The notes beneath the pieces are model-generated. The model saw nothing but the letters and a program-made list of their open reading frames with translations. It made no database searches and had not been told where the DNA came from. Shown here piece after piece: positions 18,956-27,580 of a stretch of DNA of 64,000 bases. Numbering within the stretch: the first letter of the stretch is position 1; every line of letters starts with the position of its first letter. The stretch lies in NCBI GenBank assembly GCA_902762495.1, contig CACWOL010000001.1:5548-69547 (forward strand), given 5' to 3'. Made by a program: the position numbers and the translations under genes. The stretch comes from an uncultured bacterium. Its GTDB lineage: Bacteria; Verrucomicrobiota; Lentisphaeria; Victivallales; UBA1829.

Positions 18956-19200
18956 GGTTCGGAAAAACCTCCATTGGTGTCAAGGTGTATTTGTTTCGCG
19001 GTGTACTATTAAAATAGCACACCAAAACACCAATGTCAAACCGAATGTTTCACTTTTTCCGAAAAAAGTTGTTTTTGAGCTCAAAAAAATCATCCTTGCC
19101 CGAGGAGCGGGAACAGATGAGGAGACAGAAGGAAAGTCCTCAGCTTTTTCCCTGATGAACGAAAGTGACTGCAAACAGAGATCAGGCCGGATCCTCTCCA

Positions 19201-19250
19201 AGTTTCAGTTAAATAGTATTCGATTTAACTGAAACTTGCGGGTACGCCTA
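19201..19250 (-). repeat. Copy 3 (reverse orientation) of the GC-box plus AT-hairpin repeat element
   Basis: AGTTTCAGTTAAA (19201-13), 10-nt loop, TTTAACTGAAACT (19224-36), flanked by TGCGGGTACGCC. The arms are the same as at 40534-40568 and 40722-40757. Confidence 0.7.
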
Positions 19251-19328
19251 CATGTACATGTGTGCGTGTGTGCGGAAAAGACACCGTTTGACCGGAGTCA
19301 AACGCTTTTGAATTCAACGGAGTTCGGA

Positions 19329-19814
19329 TTACCGCTTTTCCTCGTCGGTCCATTCGGAGTACGGATGGCGGACGAGGCGGGAATTGCGGAATCTGGATTC
19401 GTGCGACACCTCGCGTCCAAGCCAGGGAGGAGCCGGGAACTCGCGGTCGGGGGAATCAAGTTCGATCTCCGCCACGATCAGCCCTTCGTTCTGCCCGGCG
19501 AACTCGTCGACCTCCCACGTGAACCCGCCGAACGGCACATACCAGCGGCGTTTGATGATGACAGGCTTGGCGCAGAAGCTGGAAAGGAACGCGACCGCGT
19601 CCGCTACGGGGATAGGGTATTCAAACTCGGCGCGGGAGATGCCGCTGACCGGGCCCTTGATCGTGAGGCGTGCTTTGTCGCCCGCGATGCGTGCGCGGAC
19701 GGTCACGCCGTCGCCGGTGGGGAAATACCCCTGCTGGAATTCTTTGAACGAGGATGCGGAATCTTTCCAGGAAAGGTCTTTGACGAGGAATTTGCGTTCG
19801 ATTTCAACGGCCAT
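19329..19814 (-). CDS. CYTH-domain protein (triphosphate tunnel metalloenzyme family)
   Basis: Start chosen at ATG 19814. MAVEIERKFLV carries the ExExK signature; also TIKGP, RAEFEYPI, WEVDEF and AEIEL. Confidence 0.85.
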   Translation of the reverse strand: MAVEIERKFLVKDLSWKDSASSFKEFQQGYFPTGDGVTVRARIAGDKARLTIKGPVSGISRAEFEYPIPVADAVAFLSSFCAKPVIIKRRWYVPFGGFTWEVDEFAGQNEGLIVAEIELDSPDREFPAPPWLGREVSHESRFRNSRLVRHPYSEWTDEEKR

Positions 19815-19863
19815 GGGGAGAGGCTTTCTGCGGGAATGAAGGAAAAACGGTTGCGGTCTACGT

Positions 19864-20820
19864 TCAGAATACGGGAAGTTTGGGTTTGGGACGGTAGGTC
19901 TTCGGCGGCATGGCGGAAATCTTGCCCGCGATGATGTCCGCGACGGCTTCGCCCTGGTCCTTCGAGGCGAGCCAGAGGCCGGTAATCGCACCGTTCAGTT
20001 CGGCGCAGTCGCCGACGGCATAGACATCCGGCGCGGAGGTCCGGAGCGCGGCGTCCACGACGATCCCGCGGTTGCAGGCGAGCCCGGCGTTCTTCGCGAG
20101 TTCGAGGTTGGCTCGAATCCCGGCGGAAACGAGCACGAGCGAGGCGGGAACGGCCGTGCCGTCCTTGAGGAAGAGCCGGGCGGAAGCGGCGTCGAAACGG
20201 TCGACCACGGCGCCGGTATAAACTTTGAAACCGGCGTTCGTGAAGTTGGAGAGCAGCACGGCGGATTCCTCCTCGTTCATCTGAAGCGGGAGCAGGCGCG
20301 GCGCGGTCTCGATGATTGAAACGGACAAGCCGCGTTTGTGGAGCGACCAGGCGGCTTCCAGTCCGAGCAGGCCGCCGCCGATGACCGCTGCGGTTTTCCC
20401 CGGCTCGCAGAGCGCGACCAGGGCGTCGGCGTCCGGGAGCTCGCGGAGGACATGCACACGCGGGCTGGCGGAGAGGCCCGGAATCGGCGGCACGAACGCA
20501 TGCGCGCCGACTGCCAGCACGAGGATGTCCCAGGCATATTCCCCGGCGACGGTCGTGAGCTTATGCGAGGCGGGGTCAATGGCCGTTACGGGTTCGCCGA
20601 GGTGAAGATCCGCGCCCCAGTCCGCCATCTGTTCGGGCGAGGAGAGGATGAGCTTTTCACGGGGGAGCGTGCCCGCGAGGTATTCGGGGAGGCGCATTTT
20701 CGCATAGAACCCGACGGGCGCGGCGTCGAAAAGCAGGATTTCGGCTTCGGGGAGATTGAGGCGAAGGCGCTTCACGGCGTAGGAACCGGCGGCTCCGGCT
20801 CCGCAGACAGCTATTTTCAT
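19864..20820 (-). CDS. FAD/NAD(P)-dependent pyridine nucleotide-disulfide oxidoreductase family protein
   Basis: MKIAVCGAGAAGSYA (first Rossmann GxGxxG), AAVIGGGLLGLEAA (second), AVGDCAE near the C-terminus. Confidence 0.8.
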   Translation of the reverse strand: MKIAVCGAGAAGSYAVKRLRLNLPEAEILLFDAAPVGFYAKMRLPEYLAGTLPREKLILSSPEQMADWGADLHLGEPVTAIDPASHKLTTVAGEYAWDILVLAVGAHAFVPPIPGLSASPRVHVLRELPDADALVALCEPGKTAAVIGGGLLGLEAAWSLHKRGLSVSIIETAPRLLPLQMNEEESAVLLSNFTNAGFKVYTGAVVDRFDAASARLFLKDGTAVPASLVLVSAGIRANLELAKNAGLACNRGIVVDAALRTSAPDVYAVGDCAELNGAITGLWLASKDQGEAVADIIAGKISAMPPKTYRPKPKLPVF

Positions 20821-21025
20821 ACGTTCCTCACGACAGGTTGGGTTGCAAGCTCATTTTGAGGCGGGGATCACGGATAAACGAGGGCGTTTTGCAACGTCAG
20901 CGGCATCCTTTGCATCAATATAGCATATCAAACCGTTTTTTTCAAAGACTGCGGAATGAAAAAACAAAAAATGATCGCAAAAGGGGCGGCGACCAAGTGG
21001 AGGAACGAGCGCTCTCAGCAGGAAA

Positions 21026-21934
21026 TCAGCCGCGCTTTTTTGCGATGATGCGGTCTTTGAACCGGAGATCCAGGGAACGCTCGTTCTCGTGATTCCGGAC
21101 GGAGGACTCCAGTTTGGGGAGAAGCCGCCCGAAGATGTCGTCGCGGAGCTGTTCCTCGCGGACCCGGAGCGGGATCAGGACGGAGAAGGCGTCCGGGTCG
21201 TTCCTGTAAAGCAGGTCGAACTGGATGAAATCCTGGGAGATGTAGATGAACTTCGGATGCACGTTGGTGAACTCCAGCCGCGTGAGGCGGAGGAAATCCA
21301 GCACGGTGCGGATGGAGGAATCGCTGAGGATTTCGCCGCGCTTGAATGGATCGGCTTCATGCGAGGCGCGGACGGCCGACGGTTTGCAGGAAAGCGCCGG
21401 GAGCGAACCGGAAACGTCGTAGTAGGAAGACTTGTCGAGGACGGTCGCGGAATCATCGATGTAGAAATTCGCGCCGAGATTCGCGACAGGGATGCGCTCG
21501 TGCAGCTCGAAGATCAGCTGGTCGGGCAGAACGCGCCAGATGTCTGCACGTTCGAGTTCAGGGATCTCCGAACGGAGTTTCGCAGCCATCGCGGCGAGAT
21601 CATATTCCTCCTTGCCAGAAAACATCGGGGTGCCGCCGAGGCGGATGCGGAGGATCGAAAGAATGCGGTCCAAACGCGCCTGGCGTTCGTCCGGATCGGC
21701 AGGACTCCAGTAACCGGAGTTTCCGGCGAGGCGGATGCTGTTCACAACGAGGCGCGAATTATTCGGGAAAAGCGCGAGGTAGGTAAGCCACAGGAGGACG
21801 AACACGATCAGAGGGATGCACACGGCGAGGGACAGCCCGATCCATAACTTGGCCTTTTTGGAGAGGCCCGGACGGGGCGCTTTGTCATTGTTCAGTTCAT
21901 CAGGGACTGGAGAGGAATGTTTCACTGGCTTCAC
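21026..21934 (-). CDS. FtsQ/DivIB-like cell-division protein (POTRA domain); start uncertain
   Basis: TM helix LWIGLSLAVCIPLIVFVLLWL followed by a POTRA-like VNSIRLAGNS..ERADIWRVLPDQLIFELHERIPVA. The ORF extends to 22039, but a -10-like box at 21966-21980 suggests a GTG start near 21934 or 21925. Confidence 0.6.
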   Translation of the reverse strand: MKPVKHSSPVPDELNNDKAPRPGLSKKAKLWIGLSLAVCIPLIVFVLLWLTYLALFPNNSRLVVNSIRLAGNSGYWSPADPDERQARLDRILSILRIRLGGTPMFSGKEEYDLAAMAAKLRSEIPELERADIWRVLPDQLIFELHERIPVANLGANFYIDDSATVLDKSSYYDVSGSLPALSCKPSAVRASHEADPFKRGEILSDSSIRTVLDFLRLTRLEFTNVHPKFIYISQDFIQFDLLYRNDPDAFSVLIPLRVREEQLRDDIFGRLLPKLESSVRNHENERSLDLRFKDRIIAKKRG

Positions 21935-22244
21935 CGGAAAACAGAGGGTTTCAACGAATTCTGTTATAATAATATAGCGCTCGTATGGAAAAATGCGAAT
22001 ACAAAAAGGGGAAATCCGTTTTTTTCTGAAAGGATACACGGATTTATCAGCTCAACAGAGACCATGCCTTGCGCACACACGAGCTTGAGGAGGATGTGTA
22101 CGCCATAAAAACATGGAAACGGCTTGAACTAAACGAATATTGTATTATATTATTTTTTACAGTTGGGTTCGGAGACGGCACGCCATATTGCCGGCGACGA
22201 ACGCAAGCGAAGGATCAGGCAGCATCGGGGGAGAACACTCCAGC

Positions 22245-23933
22245 ATGAAAAAGACAACGGCAACCGGAAAAGACAGCGGACTGAGAATCCGTCGGTGGGT
22301 GTCGTTCCACATGACGCGCCTCATCGACGAGTGGTCGCTCAACGCGATCTTCTTTCTGGTCTTCCTGAAGCTGCTGCAGCTGTGCAAACTGCTTGGCGCG
22401 AAACCGACCGAAAACGGCTGGCGGAAAGCCACCGGGATCTTCCTGAAAGGCGACATCTCGAAATTCATGCTCGGCATCTTCCGCGTGACCCCGTACCCGG
22501 CCGATACGCCGCCGCAGAACATGGACGAAGCGAAAGAACGTTTTCTCTCGCGGTTCGCTGAGTTCCTCCGGGCGCACGGGGAACTTCACTGGGCGATCAT
22601 GCAGAAGACATTTCGCGTGCATCGCCGCCGCCTGACGGAAACCGATCTGCTGGAGGTGGAATTCCGTCCGGACGGCACGCTGGAAAACGCCCGGATCGTG
22701 CTCGACCCGCGGTATCCGCCGTCGGCGCTGTCGGAAAAAGAAATCGACATGCTCCTTTCGCTCCTCGTGCGGACGCACAACCGTCTGAACGGCGGAACCG
22801 ATCCGACGCGCGCCCGGAAACTGTACCGGATCGTCAAGCGCCGCGTGCTGTATCTGAACGCGGCCAACCTCGCGAAACGCATGGAGGCCGTGCGTCTGCT
22901 CCGGCGCATGATGAACGCATCCTGCGTGACGTTCCTGCCGCTTCCCGAACAAGGGACCGAGGCGGAAATCCATGCGGAACGCCTGAAAACGCCGGACGTG
23001 ACGATGTTCCGGCATCCGGGCTGGGGCCTGCTGAACGTCTTCGTGCGCATCCATCCGCGGCTCGGCGAGGCGGACCTGTGGATCCAGTACCATCATGTCC
23101 CGGTGGATGGAATGGCGATGCAGGAGGTCCTGACCGAACTGAAAACGGAATGGGGCGAGGCGGGAAAGATGAGCTTCCCCGCGCCGGGAAGCCCCGCGGC
23201 CGAGGTCGAAATCCAGGAAACGCCGCACAAGGGGCTGTTCCGCGCCCGGGCGTTCTTCCGGTTCGACGGCCTGCTGGAGTTGAGGCGGCGGATCAATCTG
23301 GCCTATGCGGCGGAAATGCGCGGTCCGGCGACGATCGCCGGCATGATCCTCTGGGGGCTGGCCAAATCGCCTCAGCTGCATGACGCGAAGATGCTCTTCC
23401 CCGTCGACGTGGAACCGGGCCAGACGGCGGAAGGAAAGCCCCCGCAGAGGTTCGAACGAGAGCTGAGTCTGGTGTTCATCCGCCCGTCCGACTACATGAC
23501 GCCCCTCGAAAAAATGGGCGGGTTCGTGCTATTCCAGCGGGAATTCAACCGTCGGTTGAAGAAGACGCGCTACCGCTGCAGCGAGACGTACGAGATGCTC
23601 GAACTGCTTTCCATGATCCATCCCCTCTTCTACTACTACGCCAAATATCTCATGCCGAGGGAATTCCACGACGTCGTCGGAACGTTCGGCCTGTCCGTGC
23701 TGCGCCATGCGGAAGTCTTCATCGCGCCCGTGACCGAGCTGCAGATACGCGGATTCCTGGCGTTCGGACGGATGGACATGCCGTGCGAAGGCGGCGGGAC
23801 GGCGGGCTGCGTGAGCATCTGCGGCACACGGGAGCAGATCGAGGCGTATCTGACCGCATTGGAGCGGATTTCAGGCGATTATCAGAGCTTGCTGGGCAAG
23901 CAGAAACAAATAACGGAAGGTGAAACACCATGA
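22245..23933 (+). CDS. Putative acyltransferase with HHxxxDG motif
   Basis: Start chosen at ATG 22245 (MKKTTATGKD). IQYHHVPVDGMAMQ matches the HHxxxDG catalytic motif of the CAT, condensation and WS/DGAT-type acyltransferases. I do not recognise the rest. Confidence 0.55.
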   Translation: MKKTTATGKDSGLRIRRWVSFHMTRLIDEWSLNAIFFLVFLKLLQLCKLLGAKPTENGWRKATGIFLKGDISKFMLGIFRVTPYPADTPPQNMDEAKERFLSRFAEFLRAHGELHWAIMQKTFRVHRRRLTETDLLEVEFRPDGTLENARIVLDPRYPPSALSEKEIDMLLSLLVRTHNRLNGGTDPTRARKLYRIVKRRVLYLNAANLAKRMEAVRLLRRMMNASCVTFLPLPEQGTEAEIHAERLKTPDVTMFRHPGWGLLNVFVRIHPRLGEADLWIQYHHVPVDGMAMQEVLTELKTEWGEAGKMSFPAPGSPAAEVEIQETPHKGLFRARAFFRFDGLLELRRRINLAYAAEMRGPATIAGMILWGLAKSPQLHDAKMLFPVDVEPGQTAEGKPPQRFERELSLVFIRPSDYMTPLEKMGGFVLFQREFNRRLKKTRYRCSETYEMLELLSMIHPLFYYYAKYLMPREFHDVVGTFGLSVLRHAEVFIAPVTELQIRGFLAFGRMDMPCEGGGTAGCVSICGTREQIEAYLTALERISGDYQSLLGKQKQITEGETP

Positions 23934-25432
23934 AACGAGCACGTTTTTTCGGAATGATCCTGACTGTGGCGGCGGGATTGCTTGTTATGCTTGTACTGAA
24001 CGCATGCCAGCCGGACGCAGTCGGCTCGTACCAGTCGGCGCTGACGCCCACGGAAACGATCTTCAGCCAGGCGACGAAACGCTCTTTGGCGTATGAGGGC
24101 GTTCGCCGGAATCCCGTGATCCTGATCCATGGCCTGCTCGGGGCGCGCCTGGAGGATCCGGCGACCGGAAAAGAATTCTGGGGGACGTTTTCGCCGACGC
24201 TGCCGGGCCGCGACAATTTGAAACTGCTGTCCGTGCCGATGAGCTGGGGAAAACCTCTTCGCGAGCTCTCCAACAACACGCGGCCGTCGTTTCTGCTGGA
24301 CTCCGTTTCGGTCAGCCTGATCGGGCTTCAGTTCTCCATGTCCGCCTACGGGCCGCTGGTCGACACGATCAAGCAGGCAGGCTACGTGCAGGAAGGCTCG
24401 AAGGAACACCTGGAGGACGAACGCTGCCCGACGTTCTTCGTGTTTTACTACGACTGGCGGCGGAGCATCGCGGAGAACGCTATCGAACTTGGGAAATTCA
24501 TCCGCGCCAAACAGGCCATGTTGAACGAAGAATACCGGGTGCGCTACGGCGCTTCGCCGGATCCCGTCCGGTTCGACCTCATGGGACACAGCATGGGCGG
24601 GCTGATCGCACGGTATTACATGCGGTACGGGGAAATGCCCCTGCCCGACGAAGGCGCACCGGATCCGGCCGTCACCTGGGCCGGCGCGAAAAACGTCGGC
24701 AAGCTCATCCAGATCGGAACGCCGAACAGCGGATACCTCGACACCGTGGTCGAGCTGGTGAACGGCCTGCGGCTTCAGCCGGGCGCGCCGCTCTACCCCG
24801 CCGCCGTGATCGGGACCTTCCCGTCCTACTACGAGATGATGCCGTTCCCCCAGTTCGCCGCCGTGCGGGAAATGATCCCCGGCAAGACGGAAGAGGAATC
24901 CATCGCCCGCGGAAAGGCGGTCGACCTGTACGACCTGAACACATGGATCAAATACGAATGGGGTCTCGCGAACCCCGACTGCGACGCCGAGCTGGAATGG
25001 CTGCTGCCGGACGTGAAGACGGCGGCGGAACGCCGCTACGTCGCGCTGGAACACCTTCAGAAATGCCTGAATTCGGCGAAGCGCATCGCGTCCATGCTCT
25101 CTACGCCCGATCCGAAGGATTCCGACGTCTTCCAAATGGTCTTCATCGGGGACTCCGTGCCGACATCGTCGCTCGCGCTGGTCGATGAAAAAGGCGATCT
25201 GCGCGTGGTGCGGTACGATTCCGGCGACGGCAAGGTGTCCGCCGTAAGCGCGCGGGCCGATCTGCGGAATCCCGACGCACCGGGCGCCTGGGGGCCGCGG
25301 ATGGAATCGCCTGTCAGATGGAAAGGCGTCATCCACGTAAGCGGAGCGCACATGGGGATAACGGTCGCGCCGGACTTCCTGCACAACATGCGGTTCTATC
25401 TGGTGCAGTTCCCCGATCCGGACGAGGAATAA
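23930..25432 (+). CDS. Lipoprotein alpha/beta-hydrolase, LCAT/lipase-like
   Basis: Signal peptide with lipobox (LVLNAC) and the GHSMGGLIARYY nucleophile elbow. The VILIHGLLG / YDWR layout resembles lecithin:cholesterol acyltransferase-type lipases. There is a 4-nt ATGA overlap with the upstream gene. Confidence 0.7.
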   Translation: MKRARFFGMILTVAAGLLVMLVLNACQPDAVGSYQSALTPTETIFSQATKRSLAYEGVRRNPVILIHGLLGARLEDPATGKEFWGTFSPTLPGRDNLKLLSVPMSWGKPLRELSNNTRPSFLLDSVSVSLIGLQFSMSAYGPLVDTIKQAGYVQEGSKEHLEDERCPTFFVFYYDWRRSIAENAIELGKFIRAKQAMLNEEYRVRYGASPDPVRFDLMGHSMGGLIARYYMRYGEMPLPDEGAPDPAVTWAGAKNVGKLIQIGTPNSGYLDTVVELVNGLRLQPGAPLYPAAVIGTFPSYYEMMPFPQFAAVREMIPGKTEEESIARGKAVDLYDLNTWIKYEWGLANPDCDAELEWLLPDVKTAAERRYVALEHLQKCLNSAKRIASMLSTPDPKDSDVFQMVFIGDSVPTSSLALVDEKGDLRVVRYDSGDGKVSAVSARADLRNPDAPGAWGPRMESPVRWKGVIHVSGAHMGITVAPDFLHNMRFYLVQFPDPDEE

Positions 25433-25439
25433 TCCGGTA

Positions 25440-25688
25440 TTAAAAGCGCTTACTCTGACGGAAGAAGCACATCTCGTGGCAGCGAGGACAGCGGACGATG
25501 TGTTCGCGGTCGTCGCGGGCCAGGAACGTGAGGTTGCATTTGCCGCAGAGATAGAGGCGGTCCTTCACGACGGAATCGCTTGTGTTCTTGCGCTTGCGGA
25601 GCTCGTCGCAAATCCACAGCAGCGCGATCACGAAAAACCACGTGGCGAAGTACCACACGAAAATACGGTCAAGCGGGATCGGGATCAT
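25440..25688 (-). CDS. Small membrane protein with C-terminal zinc-ribbon
   Basis: Start chosen at ATG 25688, which makes a 4-nt overlap with the upstream gene. One TM helix (FVWYFATWFFVIALLWI), then CGKC..x17..CPRC. Confidence 0.55.
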   Translation of the reverse strand: MIPIPLDRIFVWYFATWFFVIALLWICDELRKRKNTSDSVVKDRLYLCGKCNLTFLARDDREHIVRCPRCHEMCFFRQSKRF

Positions 25689-26479
25689 CGGACGGACGCC
25701 TCCTTCCGCAAAGCTTCGGCGGACCAGACGACCCGGCAGAACCCGCCGTTTTTCAGTCCGGCGGGACATTCTGACGAATTCAGCAGCGTATCAAGCCAGG
25801 CGCGCGCCGAAAGATCAAGTTCGGCGATGCCGCAGGACTTCTCCAGCACAGCTTCAAAGGGAAGATCGGGCAGGACCGGTGTTTTGACCAGAAAAACGGA
25901 TTGTTCCGAGGGGCGCTGCCGCTGCAAGGTGCGTTCCTCCGATGCGCCGAGCCGGAACAGGGGAAAAACCACGCCGGATGCCGTGTCCGCCGCCCAATAC
26001 GGATACGCGGGAGCCGCGACGGCCACAGCCTCGGAATCATAATCAGGAACATCCGGGAGAAGCGGACGGCTGACAGCCGCCAGGGAAATCTGAGGCGCAG
26101 CCGGTACCGGGGATAGCTTTTGGGGAAGCGGAAGCTCGAACGAAGCTTCTGGCCCGGTTTCCGCCTGGGCCGTCCGGAAAAAAGAAAAACCGAATTCCTC
26201 CTGCGGGTGAAGGAACGAGACCGGATCGTACGTGTCGACCATCTTCAAAAAGTCCGGGTCGGAATCCGTAACGAGGGGGGAAACGTACAGCGTAGTCCGG
26301 TCGGCGCGCGGGAGGGAGTCTCCCGCCGGTTCCGGCTTCAGCGGCGTAAAGACCGTCAGCAGGGCCAGATGGATCAGGACGGCCGCCGCGCCCACGGCCA
26401 GAAGCATGGGGCGGCTAAGACGTTCCTTCGGCGGGGACTCGTCGACAGGAAGCATGAATTGTCCGGGGGCATCCGTCAT
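25685..26479 (-). CDS. Hypothetical membrane-anchored protein in the TonB position of an ExbBD operon
   Basis: N-terminal TM helix (MLLAVGAAAVLIHLALLTVF) and a Pro-containing linker. It is translationally coupled (ATGA) to exbD upstream. I cannot see a canonical TonB C-terminal signature. Confidence 0.5.
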   Translation of the reverse strand: MTDAPGQFMLPVDESPPKERLSRPMLLAVGAAAVLIHLALLTVFTPLKPEPAGDSLPRADRTTLYVSPLVTDSDPDFLKMVDTYDPVSFLHPQEEFGFSFFRTAQAETGPEASFELPLPQKLSPVPAAPQISLAAVSRPLLPDVPDYDSEAVAVAAPAYPYWAADTASGVVFPLFRLGASEERTLQRQRPSEQSVFLVKTPVLPDLPFEAVLEKSCGIAELDLSARAWLDTLLNSSECPAGLKNGGFCRVVWSAEALRKEASVR

Positions 26480-26946
26480 GATTCGGGCTCGGTGAAACTG
26501 GTCGTCCTGCCGCGCGCCGAGCCGGAGGACATGAAGAGCGCGTTGACGTTCAGCTCCTCGGCGACGGACAGGACTTTGGCGACGACGGTGAGCGGCGCAT
26601 GGACGTCGCAGCGGATGATGATGCGTTCCTTGTCCGGCTGGAATCCGCGCGCGTTAAGCGACTCGGAAAGCTGGCGCTTGAGTTCGTCCGCATCAGAGAC
26701 GGCGGCATCGTTGAAGTAGATGCGGCTGTCCTTGTCGATGGTCACGACGTAACTGCGCGAGGTGTAGATGAGCCTGCCGCCGGACCTGGGGAGATCGACC
26801 TCGACGCCACGGAGCGGGACGAAGTTCGAGCTGAGCATGAAGAACACCAGCAGGATGAAAAAGACGCAGAAATACAGGACCAGACTCGGCAGGCCGCTGA
26901 ATATCCTGAGTTTTGTCTTGACCTGGATCGGGGCTTCACTCGGCAT
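26476..26946 (-). CDS. exbD: ExbD/TolR-family biopolymer transport protein
   Basis: Start chosen at ATG 26946. TM helix, then VDLPRS..VVTIDKDSRIYFND..RIIIRCDVHAPLTVVAKVLSVAEE, a typical ExbD/TolR layout. Confidence 0.82.
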   Translation of the reverse strand: MPSEAPIQVKTKLRIFSGLPSLVLYFCVFFILLVFFMLSSNFVPLRGVEVDLPRSGGRLIYTSRSYVVTIDKDSRIYFNDAAVSDADELKRQLSESLNARGFQPDKERIIIRCDVHAPLTVVAKVLSVAEELNVNALFMSSGSARGRTTSFTEPES

Positions 26947-27580
26947 GGTCGGAATCGCTCTCTCTTTTGTGGTGGCGGAAGAAATACATGATCTCGGCGG
27001 ACGCCTTCTCCATGTCCGTGCAGAAATCCTGCACACGGGAGACCAGGTAGTTGTAGGCGATGTGGCACGGGACGGCGACGGAGAGTCCGGCCGCCGTGCA
27101 GAGGAGCGCCTTGTAGACGCCCTTGGAGAGTTCGGGCAGGGTCGCCACGGCGGCGTCCGGATTGGCGGTGATGGCCTGGAAGGAATCCACGAGGCCGAGC
27201 ACGGTGCCGAGGAGGCCGAGCAGCGGCATCACGTAGGCGAGGGTGGCGAGGATGTTGAGGCGGGATTCCAGACGCGGCACTTCGATCAGCGTCTGCGTGG
27301 CGAGGGCGTCGCGGATGTCATCGCCTTCATTGTAGGCGCGGATGGCGCTGGCGAGGACGCGCGGAACCGGACCGGGCGAATTGTCGCACAGCGTGATGGC
27401 TTCGATCATGCCATCGCGCCGGAGCACGTTGGTGAGACCGGTGACGATCTCGTTGACGTCCATCTGGGCGCGGTAGAACTCGAACCATTTCAAAATGAAA
27501 ATGAACGCGGCGATCAGGGCGCAGATGGCGATCAGCGCGAGGACGGGACCGCCCTGCTGAAGCATGGAAAGGTATTTCAT
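26936..27580 (-). CDS. exbB: MotA/TolQ/ExbB proton-channel protein
   Basis: 214 aa with the conserved C-terminal half LATLAYVMPLLGLLGTVLGLVDSFQAI. Confidence 0.88.
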   Translation of the reverse strand: MKYLSMLQQGGPVLALIAICALIAAFIFILKWFEFYRAQMDVNEIVTGLTNVLRRDGMIEAITLCDNSPGPVPRVLASAIRAYNEGDDIRDALATQTLIEVPRLESRLNILATLAYVMPLLGLLGTVLGLVDSFQAITANPDAAVATLPELSKGVYKALLCTAAGLSVAVPCHIAYNYLVSRVQDFCTDMEKASAEIMYFFRHHKRESDSDHAE

